Origin: an uncultured delta proteobacterium
GTDB lineage: Bacteria > Desulfobacterota > Binatia > UBA9968
Direction: 5' to 3'
DNA: 30,033 nt
Assembly: GCA_963755715.1 (NCBI GenBank)
Contig: CAVWLW010000031.1
Span: 1 to 30,033 of the forward strand
Shown: positions 9,060-17,613 of the stretch, piece after piece
Numbering within the stretch: the stretch's first letter is position 1
Layout of the letters: every line of letters starts with the position of its first letter
The notes under the pieces: model-generated
What the model was told of the DNA's origin: nothing
The model's input: the letters and a program-made list of their open reading frames with translations, nothing else
Database searches by the model: none
Program-made: the position numbers and the translations under genes

Positions 9060-10323
9060 TTAATTCTCCAACCCCGGGTTTTCCATGAACACCGATGGCG
9101 CGAGTTTTTGCTTCGTCTCTGGGTGGCGCATCGTGCGCTTCAGCACAAAATCGAAGAGTAGCGGATTGTAGTCGTAGATTTCGTTGAGCGATTGGCGCTC
9201 TTCGGCGGTGATAAAGCCGTCTGCGCACGAGGCTTCGAGTCCAGATCAAAGAATTGATCGCCGGCAGCGGATAGTCGCTGCCGTTGACCAGGCGAGAATG
9301 CAAATCCTGGCGCTTGAGAAGAGTTGCGAAGGGGACCGGCATGCGATTGAACTGGAGCATCGCCGAGATTTCGCCGAACAGCAGACCGACATATTTCGCT
9401 TCATCCATCATCCGTAAAAAGAGATCGAAGCAGCTCGCTTTCACTGCCGCACGATTATCGAGGTCATCGCAATTGCCCAGGCTAGCGGCGTGCGCGATGA
9501 TCACGCGGACACCTAAGTCCAACGGTTTACGCAACAGCAGAGGATTACCTAAACGTTGGTCTTCTTCGGCTTCCACCGCCTGCTCTTCGCCGGCGTGAGA
9601 CAAGAGAATCATCTTGTGCTCTTTCATTTTCCGGTAGAAAGGCTCGATGGCGGGATTCGCCGGGTCCATGCCCATCGCATTGGGCAGCCACTTGACGTAT
9701 TTGACGCCGGCCTTCGCCCAAGTTTCCAATTCCTGCAACGCATCGTGACGGTAGGGATGGACCGAAACGACCGGCGTAAAAACGTCAGGGTTTTTTCCGG
9801 CGAGCTCGACGACATATCGGTTGGGCACGTACATGTTGGTCTTCTTGAGATCCACCGTACCGTCGGCATTGTAGTGTTGGTCGAAGGCCAGGATGCGGTA
9901 CTTGCCGTGCCGTTTGATGCCGCGCGTCAAACGCAGCAGGCGCTCGACGTATTCCTGATCGGCATTCTCGATATTCCTGACGCCGGCGCCGCTTACATAG
10001 ATCCGAAACTTCAATCGTTCGAGATTTATCCCGTCGCGCATCTTCGGATTGACAAAGGCGTCGGCGGCGCTCGTGCCGATAGCGAGCATATGGGTGTGAT
10101 AGTCGACGAGCCGCTCGGGATTAATGCCGTCGAATGCCTGGTCGATCAGTTTTCGTGTCGGCTCTGAGGCGCCCTGCTCGATTTCTTCGGGCTGCTTCGA
10201 GGAGGCGCCGCCGATCCGGTCGATCAAACAACCCGATAGAAATATCGCCGCGAGAAGACTCAATAGGAGCGCGCATGACCGGAGACGGTGATTGACGGTT
10301 GGGAGATTCATCGATCGATTCAC
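9060..10323 (-). CDS. Lipoprotein amidohydrolase (Amidohydro_2-like), one +1 frameshift near 9220
   Basis: Lipobox LSGC; DYHTH, SVHPY, KWLP, LSHAG, IIAH, NGSDYP. Removing one base restores ...GFITAEERQSLNEIYDYNPLLFDFVLKR...NPGLEN*. Confidence 0.88.
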
Positions 10324-10502
10324 TTTTCACAGTCGGTCAGGGCTGTCAACCAAAGCCGCGCGACGGCTTGATAAAATTGCACCGCCGGAAGCTGATTCGG
10401 TGCAATTTGGTGGCCCGTTTGGCGCAAGTGTTACACTCGAATACGCGCAATTGCCAATGCGACTATTGGTACATCGCTTGCGCTCTAGATGCAGAATCTG
10501 CC

Positions 10503-10886
10503 ATGGAATTTGACACCGATCTAATTAGCCAAACGCTGGAGCATCGCGGTTGCGGGATTCTCGCGGCGTCCTACGAAATCCAACCGCGGTCATGGCTACC
10601 CGAAGCTTGCGTTTGGCTCCAGACCGAGGCTGGGCACCGAAAGATCTGGGTGCATAGCTTCGCCCATTGCTTTGCGGCCGAGGAGCTCACTTTTCCAAAC
10701 CGGCTTGACGCGGACAGTTGGGCCTTGGTCGCAGCGAAGTCGATCATCGATCGCGCGCTCGAAGGGCCGCTCGGACGTCAGGCTAAGGCTGGAAATCGCG
10801 CGCGGCACTTATCCGGTATTTTCGGATTCGCGCGCCATGCGGTGTTCAACCTGCGGCGCTTTCATCACCATCGATCACGCCAGTAA
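10503..10886 (+). CDS. Hypothetical protein
   Basis: Probable start MEFDTDL; EHRGCGILAASY...WLPEACVWL...F..RLDADSWALVAAKSIID, similar in pattern to 6794-7027. Confidence 0.65.
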   Translation: MEFDTDLISQTLEHRGCGILAASYEIQPRSWLPEACVWLQTEAGHRKIWVHSFAHCFAAEELTFPNRLDADSWALVAAKSIIDRALEGPLGRQAKAGNRARHLSGIFGFARHAVFNLRRFHHHRSRQ

Positions 10887-11009
10887 TTATCGTTTTTCTG
10901 CCTTTTACTGCGCCTCGGCTTATCCGCCGTCGACTTGACAGCTTCTTACGCGGTTTGTATTGAGAAGTCATCAACGTTGCGTTTTAAGGTGCGGGAAGGA
11001 GTCCAGGTC

Positions 11010-12004
11010 ATGGATCTGCAAGAACTCAGTCAATGGATGAAGGATCGAAACTTGAAAGGTCACTGGGAACATTCCGAGTGGTCGCAGACGGTGAAGCCGT
11101 TTTTGTGGAAGGGCGACGAGATCATGCAGGCGCTCAACTGGTCCGGTGAGTTGATCACCACGGGCGAGGCGGGGCGGCGGACAGATCCAGATGAGAAATC
11201 CGGGGCTCGCCGCGGGCATGACCAATACGGTGCATATTTCCGTGCAACTGGTGAAGCCGGGCGAGGTCGCTGCAGCGCACCGCCACACCGCGGCGGCAAT
11301 CCGCTTTATCGTCAAAGGCACGCCGAACGCCTATACAATCGTCGAGGGCGAGCGCTTTCCGATGTTCGAGGGCGATTTCATCACGACGCCGAACTGGACT
11401 TGGCACGACCACTTTAACGGCTCGAACGAACCGGTCATGTGGCTCGATGGCTTGGACGTTCAGGCTGGTGACGCATTTCGGCGCGATGATCCAAGAGAAT
11501 TTTAAAAAGGAGCAACAGCCGATCGAAAGACCGGATAACTTCGCGTCGAAGGTTTTCGGCCACGCACGCCCAACCTGGATCAAGAATAGCTTCCAGGCGC
11601 CGCCCTATCGTTATCCCTGGGAAGAAACCAACGCGAGCTTGCAAGCGCTCAAAGAAAGCGCCGGCGACCCCTACGATGGGGTAATTTTAGAGTACGCCAA
11701 TCCGGTCGACGGCGGACACACGTTGCCAACTTGCTCTTGCTCGATCCAACTGCTGCGGCCGCACGAAAAAACCAAAACCCACCGCCACACCAGCACGACG
11801 GTTTATTACTCTTTCCGTGGCCGCGGGATGACCAAAGTCTCGGCCAACGAATTCAATTGGGACAAGAGCGATATCTTCGTGGTGCCGTCGTGGCAATGGC
11901 ATTCGCACGAAAATACGACCAACGAGGACGCGATCCTCTTTTCGATCAATGACCGGCCATCGACGGAAGCGCTGGGGTTGTACCGGGAAGAGGCGGAAGG
12001 CTAG
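11010..12004 (+). CDS. Gentisate 1,2-dioxygenase-like bicupin, two +1 frameshifts (~11183, ~11462)
   Basis: AAGGAG RBS; AHRHTAAAIRF, TTPNWTWHDH, WLDGLD, YRYPW, LEYANP, HRHTS, VPSWQWHSH spread over three ORFs; repaired length 330 aa. Confidence 0.88.
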
Positions 12005-12129
12005 CAGAGCTGCTGAAAAACGGCCATCTGCTTCGTTGCGCTCGTCCGATATCGCGTCAACGTACACGGAGTACGCCTCCGCTCATCGATCTTCGCGCGC
12101 CTCGCATATCACCATTTTTGAGCAGTCTG
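12005..12129. mobile_element. MITE-like non-coding element, ~125 bp
   Basis: Imperfect TIRs CAGAGCTGCTGAAAAA / TTTTTGAGCAGTCTG; internal palindrome CGTAC-ACGGA-GTACG; begins right after the cupin stop codon. Confidence 0.65.
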
Positions 12130-12167
12130 GCCAGAACCTTGGCGTTAATCGTCAGGCGAAAATCCCG

Positions 12168-13172
12168 CTATTGCACTCTATAACCTAACTCCTTAGCAAC
12201 CTCTTTCGCCAAACGGTCGTCGGCGACGTCGGTGAATGCCGGTTTCTTGTCGACGAAGCGGCCCTGCGCCTGGATCGACTTCACCAGGTTATCCATACCG
12301 GCGCGCGTGGGAACACCGTCAACGCTCAGAGTTTTCAAAAATACCTCGTAAGTTGCCGCTGCGCTCTCCGGGTCCATTTTTAATAGGCGCATCATCAGCT
12401 CGACGCTCTTGTCTTTGGATTTCCGCATGACGTCCTTGGCCGATTGCATCGCGCGAATCACCCGCTTTACTTCATCGGGCTTGCCTTTGATATCTTTGGC
12501 CAAGACAGTTAAGCCGCCGCCCGGCATCTCGACCAAAGAGCCGATGTCGAGAATATTGGAAAAACCCTTTTTGAGCGCGAGAAAGAGAGTGGGCGGATTG
12601 AGCGACACCGCGTCGAGAAAACCGCTTTCGAGAGAACGCACCATCTCGGTGGGCGGGAGCGCGAGAATATTAAAATCCTTTGGCGACATGCCGAGTTTTT
12701 CCAGGGCGATGACCAACGACACGTGATTGGTCGCGCCCAAGCTTCCGGTTACGCCGATTTTTTTGCCTTTGAGATCCTGTAAGGTTTTGAATTTCGGATT
12801 TGCTACCAGGGAGTAAGAAACGCGGTCGGAAGAAACCCAGACAGCGCGAAACGGCAGCCCACTTAAACTCGCGCTTGCCACTCCCGGACCGACGCCGGCG
12901 AAGTAATCGATCTCGCCGGAAATCATCGCCGGCACGGTAAGCGCGGGCGACATGAGAATAATTTCCGGTTCCAGGGCCCGTTCGTAAAATAGTTTCCAAT
13001 CGCGCGCCGCGAGCAACGGGAGCGAGGTAACGCTCATCGCTGAGTTGGCGATCCTGATTTTGGTTTTTGTCTCTTGGGCGTGGGCGGAAGCGGTAGCGAG
13101 CAATAAATCGACGAGCAGACTCGCGATTGCGATTTGACTGAACACACCCTGTAAAATTGATCTGAGAAACAT
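12168..13172 (-). CDS. NMT1/THI5/SsuA-like substrate-binding protein (paralog 1)
   Basis: Signal peptide ending AHAQ; LPLLAARDW, MISGEIDY, LQDLKGKKIGV; ends DDRLAKEVAKELGYRVQ. Start taken at MFLRS after AGGAGG-like AGGCGCAGG. Confidence 0.88.
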   Translation of the reverse strand: MFLRSILQGVFSQIAIASLLVDLLLATASAHAQETKTKIRIANSAMSVTSLPLLAARDWKLFYERALEPEIILMSPALTVPAMISGEIDYFAGVGPGVASASLSGLPFRAVWVSSDRVSYSLVANPKFKTLQDLKGKKIGVTGSLGATNHVSLVIALEKLGMSPKDFNILALPPTEMVRSLESGFLDAVSLNPPTLFLALKKGFSNILDIGSLVEMPGGGLTVLAKDIKGKPDEVKRVIRAMQSAKDVMRKSKDKSVELMMRLLKMDPESAAATYEVFLKTLSVDGVPTRAGMDNLVKSIQAQGRFVDKKPAFTDVADDRLAKEVAKELGYRVQ

Positions 13173-13219
13173 CCTGCGCCTGACTTCTCGATAATTTAGG
13201 CAGCTTTTTAAAACCCGTT

Positions 13220-13309
13220 TCGGAGTCCTTCGACGTAGCTCAGGACGAACGGAGAACAACAAACAGCAACGACGATTATCCGTTCATGCTGAGGTACTCG
13301 AAGCATTCC
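13220..13309. repeat. REP-like inverted doublet, copy 1
   Basis: GTCCTTCGACGTAGCTCAGGACGAACGGA, 25 nt spacer, TCCGTTCATGCTGAGGTACTCGAAGCAT. Confidence 0.85.
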
Positions 13310-13367
13310 AAATTGGTTTTTGAAAATGGCGGGCATTTTCAGTTCGGATCGAGAATGTGGAAACCAG

Positions 13368-13667
13368 TCACCCTGAGGCTCTCGAACGCTGACCGCGGCG
13401 AGCCAGACGAGACACTTCGGCCCAATCCCCTCGCATCAGCGCTTCCTTTTTGTTCCGACCCCAACCTTTGATTTGCCGTTCACAAGTTAAGGCTTCTTCC
13501 CGCGTTGGGAATTGCTCTGAAAAAACTAATTTCACGGGAAGTCTCGTCGAAGTATATCCTTGGGTTTCACCGGTTTGATGTTTTGCTATACGTTCTTCGA
13601 GATTATCCGTGTGTCCCGTGTAGTAGGAATTATCCGCGCAACGGAGAATATAAACCCAGAAACTCAT
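13368..13667 (-). CDS. Small GIY-YIG nuclease (UPF0213/YhbQ-like)
   Basis: WVYILRCADNSYYTGHT, R...H, YTSTRLPVKLV, EALTCERQIKGWGRNKKEAL. Confidence 0.93.
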   Translation of the reverse strand: MSFWVYILRCADNSYYTGHTDNLEERIAKHQTGETQGYTSTRLPVKLVFSEQFPTREEALTCERQIKGWGRNKKEALMRGDWAEVSRLARRGQRSRASG

Positions 13668-13723
13668 GACCCGCCGATCATCGTGGGTTCTATCCCAAAT
13701 TTACCGTAAGCTTTCCTGACCTA

Positions 13724-13814
13724 TCGGAGCCCTTCGACTAAGCTCAGGGCGAACGGAAGGAAGTGGAACTGGTTGAGAATTTATCCGTTCATGCTGAGGC
13801 ACTCGAAGCATTCC
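13724..13814. repeat. REP-like inverted doublet, copy 2
   Basis: GCCCTTCGACTAAGCTCAGGGCGAACGGA, 26 nt spacer, TCCGTTCATGCTGAGGCACTCGAAGCAT; direct repeat of 13220-13309 with a different spacer. Confidence 0.85.
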
Positions 13815-13852
13815 GAAACATTTTTCATCGACCTCTAAACCCAAATCCGAGC

Positions 13853-15244
13853 CTAACGCCGCGCCGCATTTTCACCCGCCAGGATTCCCGTCACCACCGC
13901 TTGCATCAAGCCGCCGGTGTAGCCGCCGCGGTAACCGCCCATGAGTCCGCCGATGGCGTCTCCCGCGGCGTAGAGACCGGAAATCGGTTGTTCCTTTTCA
14001 TTCAGCGCTTCAGCGCGGCCGTTCACTAAGACTCCACCCATGGTGAAGGTGATGCCTGGCACGACTCTCAAGCCGTAGAACGGCGCGCGCAGCAACTTCG
14101 GTTTGCCTGTTCGCGCGACCGGTAGCGAATGACAGGTGCCCGACTCGACAGCGCGATTGTAGCCTTCGATGGTTTTAACAAGATTCGCGTTATTCACAGC
14201 GAGCGTTCGCGCGAGATCAGCGATTGTCGCACCAGAGAATATTTCGCCTTCATTGTCCATCAGCCAAGGATTTGGTGCCGGTGTCTTTACCAAGTTAGAG
14301 AATGCGTCGTCTTTCGCCGCGTCCCAACTTTCCTGGTCAAAGATCAGGACGGCACCGGTGACGTTCTCCGAGCGCGCCAGTTCATTGGCGACCGCGACGT
14401 CGCCGCGCCCCTCGTCGACAAAGCGGCTGCCGTTACGGTCGATCAGTATTCCTTCGTCGACGAAGGAATCGAGTCTCGGATAGGGCCAGAAGCGGTCGTC
14501 GACGAGCGCTTTGCGTGAGATCAAATGGCCGTAAAAATATTTTAAGTTGACTGCTTTGGCGCCGACTGCGATAGCCATGCGCAACCCGTCACCGGTGTCC
14601 TGCTTCGAGCCGCGCAGTTTGCATTCGTCGGCGTGCGGTCCGATGTAGCGCTTGACCATTTCTTTGTTGGCGCTGAAGCCGCCGGTGGATAGAATCGTAG
14701 CGCGACTGCGCAGCTCGACGGTCTCGCCGGACTTCGTGCCGCTGACGCCGCAGACGCAGTCATTTTCAAGCGATAACTTTTCTGCGGCAACGCCGTTTAA
14801 ATAGCGCCCGCCTAGATTTACGAAACGCTCTTTGAGCTTGGCGAGAGCGCGGGTGCCGACGTCTTTTTTGTAAACCGGCGCGAGCGAGACTTCGCCGGAC
14901 TGATCGAGCCAGACTCTGCCGGGCGCGCTTTCATCCACTTTGACGCCGCTGCTGATCAACCAATCGACGGCGCGGTTGCAAGTTTCCGACCACGCTCGAA
15001 CTAGATCGGGGTAACCAACACCTTCGGCCATGACGAAATCGTAGAGCTCGTTGGAATTCGTTCTTGGGCTTTTGCCGCCGGCACGCAGACTCCCCGACGC
15101 CATCAAAATATTGCCATCGCCCAATTCGCCGTGGCTTTTGTCGATCAAAATAACTTTGGCGCCTTGCTCAGAGGCGCGGACCGCCGCGGTAAATCCGGCC
15201 AAGCCGGCACCGACGACGAGGACATCAGAATTTATTGTTTCCAT
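13853..15244 (-). CDS. FAD-dependent oxidoreductase (FAD_binding_2; flavocytochrome c/TcuA/KstD-like)
   Basis: VVGAGLAG, STGGFSAN, TGDGLRMA, RFVDEG, TFTMGG, GLYAAGD; alternative start 15262. Confidence 0.9.
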   Translation of the reverse strand: METINSDVLVVGAGLAGFTAAVRASEQGAKVILIDKSHGELGDGNILMASGSLRAGGKSPRTNSNELYDFVMAEGVGYPDLVRAWSETCNRAVDWLISSGVKVDESAPGRVWLDQSGEVSLAPVYKKDVGTRALAKLKERFVNLGGRYLNGVAAEKLSLENDCVCGVSGTKSGETVELRSRATILSTGGFSANKEMVKRYIGPHADECKLRGSKQDTGDGLRMAIAVGAKAVNLKYFYGHLISRKALVDDRFWPYPRLDSFVDEGILIDRNGSRFVDEGRGDVAVANELARSENVTGAVLIFDQESWDAAKDDAFSNLVKTPAPNPWLMDNEGEIFSGATIADLARTLAVNNANLVKTIEGYNRAVESGTCHSLPVARTGKPKLLRAPFYGLRVVPGITFTMGGVLVNGRAEALNEKEQPISGLYAAGDAIGGLMGGYRGGYTGGLMQAVVTGILAGENAARR

Positions 15245-15273
15245 AGCGTATCTTATTTCCACCTATGATTTTG

Positions 15274-15354
15274 CACCACGAAAGACACGAAGAGCACGAA
15301 GTTCGGAGTTCTAATCATTTCGAAACCTTCGTGTCCTTCGTGATCTTCGTGGTG
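15274..15354. repeat. Nonamer-period (CACGAA core) inverted repeat
   Basis: CACCACGAA-AGACACGAA-GAGCACGAAG ... CTTCGTGTC-CTTCGTGAT-CTTCGTGGTG. Confidence 0.85.
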
Positions 15355-15391
15355 GATATCACAGTGTCATCAGTACCAATGAATTTCACCG

Positions 15392-16406
15392 CTACTGCAA
15401 TTTGTATCCCAATTCTTTAGCCACTTCTGTTGCCAGGCGATCGTCCGCGACCTCGGTGAAAGCAACCTTGCGGTCGGTGAAACGGCCTTGCGCCTGCAGG
15501 GATCGAACCAGGTTGTCGATGCCGGCTCGGTTGGGAACGCCATTGGGACTCAAAGTTGTTTGAAACGCGTCGTAGGTTTCGCTCGCGGCTTCCTTGTCCA
15601 TCTTGAGAAGCTTGACGATCAGCTCGACCGTCTTCGGTTTGGATTTTCTTATTTCGTCCTTGGCCGACTGGAGCGCGTGAATGACGCGTTTCACTTCCGC
15701 CGGCTTGGACTGAATCGTCTTGATCATCGTCGTCAAACCGCCGCCGGGCATCTCGACCATGGCGCCCACGTCGATGATTTTGTAGTAACCTTTTTTCGCG
15801 GCGCTGAACGTGACCGGCGGCGAGAGCAGCGCGGCGTCGACGAAGCCGGATTCGAGCGAGTAATAGACTTGCAGCTGCTGTCCGGGGATCCCGACCATCG
15901 TGTAGTCTTTAGGGTTCGCGCCCGACTTCTCCAGAGCAATTAACAGCGCCACATGGTTGGTACCGCCCACTCCTCCCGAGATGGCGATCTTTTTGCCTTT
16001 GAGATCCTGCAGAGTTTTATACGGCGACGGCGCTTGAAGCCAGTACGAGATTCGATCCGAGGAAAACCAGATCGCGCGCGATTGCAGACCACTCAATGTC
16101 GCGGCGACGGACGCCGGACCGACGCCGGCGACATAATCGATATCGCCTTGTGCCAGGGCTGCCGCCGCGATTGACGGGCTCATGACGATCAGCTCCACGT
16201 CCAAACCATTGGCGCTGAATGTGCCCCAATCTTTGGCGGCTAAGAGCGGCAAGGCCGTGATCGTAAAGCCCGCGTTGGAGATGCGAACTTTGGCGCGCTT
16301 GTCTTGGCTTGAGGCGTGCGACACAAGCACAGTGACCAGTGCTAGAGCCGTCAGCGCTTCGGACGAATAATACAGTTAAAAAATGGAGGTGAAACGTCTG
16401 CGTCAT
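15392..16406 (-). CDS. NMT1/THI5/SsuA-like substrate-binding protein (paralog 2), +1 frameshift in signal peptide
   Basis: GGAG RBS; repaired N-terminus MTQTFHLHFLTVLFVRALTALALVTVLVSHASSQ; aligns throughout with paralog 1. Confidence 0.88.
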
Positions 16407-16443
16407 CAATGCTCCCTTGCAGCGCCATAGGAAAATCGAAGAC

Positions 16444-16512
16444 GAGATCCTTCACTTCGTTCAGGATGACAGCCTGCGTATGTCATTCCGAGCCTACAAG
16501 GCGAAGAATCTC
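16444..16512. repeat. TGTCA-ended REP-like pair
   Basis: GAGATCCTTCACTTCGTTCAGGATGACA and TGTCATTCCGAGCCTACAAGGCGAAGAATCTC in inverted orientation. Confidence 0.8.
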
Positions 16513-16577
16513 GACCGAATAACTTGTTGCCACGAAGAATCCACTTATCGGATAACCAAGCCATCGAGTGAAAGTAT

Positions 16578-17575
16578 TCAAGGAATCTTGTATCCCAGTT
16601 CCTTGGCCACTTCGGTTGCGAGCCGATCGTCGGCGATTTCGTTGAACGCCACTTTGCGGTCGACGTGACGGCCCTGGGATTGAACGGATTTGACGAGGAT
16701 GTCCATGCCGACGCGCGTAGGAATTCCAGTCGGGCTTGAGCGTGGTGAGAAACTGATCGTAGGTTTCGCTCGCGGCTTCTCTATCCATTTTGAGAAGCTT
16801 GACGATCAGATCGAGGGTTTTCGGCTTGGATTTTCTGATTTCTTCTTTGGCTTGTTGCAGCGAGCGGATGACTCGTTTGGTTTCCGACAGGCCGCTCTTG
16901 GATTGTTTTAGCCAGCGCGGTAAGGCCGCCGCCGGGCATGTCGACCATGGCGCCGACGTCCAAGACCTTGTTGAAGCCTTTTTTCTGCGCGCCGAAAGTC
17001 ACCGGCGGCGAGAGCAGCGCCGCGTCGACGTAGCCCGATTCCAAGGAAATGAGCTGTTGGATTTGTTGCCCGGCGATCGAGACCAGAGACAAAATCTTTG
17101 GGATTCACGCCGAGCTTTTTCCAGCGCCATGTTGAAATGCGACGTGAACCGTGCCGCCCAAGCCCGGTGATGGCAACTTTCTTCGCTTTCAGACTTGTCG
17201 AGAGTTTTGAACTGGGGTTTGGCCATCAACCAATAGGAAATGCGGTCGGAAGAAAACCAGATGGCGCGGGTCGCAAAACCGGTCATGGTGGCATTGACGG
17301 AAGCGGGGCCGACGCCGGCTTGAAAATCGATGTCGCCTTGAGTCAGGGCCGCCGGCACCAAGCGAAGACTGCATGAGGATGACTTCCATATCCAGTCCGT
17401 TGGCGGTGAATAGTCCCCAGTCCTTGGCGGCGAGAAGCGGCAGGGCGGTGATGGTAAAACCGGCGTTGGAGATTCTCAATTTGACACGGCGCTCTTGGGC
17501 GAATCCGTTCAAAGCCAGCAACAAGAGGGTAGACAGAATGATTGTCAACTCGATAAATTTCTTTCGCTTCGCCAT
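16578..17575 (-). CDS. NMT1/THI5/SsuA-like substrate-binding protein (paralog 3), about 8 single-base insertions
   Basis: MAKRKKF signal peptide; RISNAGFTITALPLLAAKDWG identical to paralog 2; fragments across four ORFs rejoin to ~329 aa ending ELGYKIP*. Confidence 0.8.
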
Positions 17576-17613
17576 GTGTTGTTCCTTGTTCTTACAAGAC
17601 TGCCAACGATCGC

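Noticed and set aside
10935-10963. TTGACA-17-TATTGA promoter for the cupin
   Set aside because: The -35 is perfect but the -10 lacks the conserved final T; plausible but too weak to list.
11180-11465. Programmed ribosomal frameshifting in the cupin and other split genes
   Set aside because: No slippery heptamers or consistent stimulatory structure; many unrelated genes show the same single-base insertions.
7745-13667. RtcB and GIY-YIG as a joint nuclease/repair module
   Set aside because: They are over 4 kb apart on opposite strands with unrelated genes between, and GIY-YIG enzymes cut DNA leaving 3'-OH ends that RtcB does not use.
13220-13814. Repeat-spacer-repeat pattern as a CRISPR array
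   Set aside because: Units alternate in orientation, there are only two cassettes 500 bp apart, and no cas genes are present; it fits REP-like doublets.
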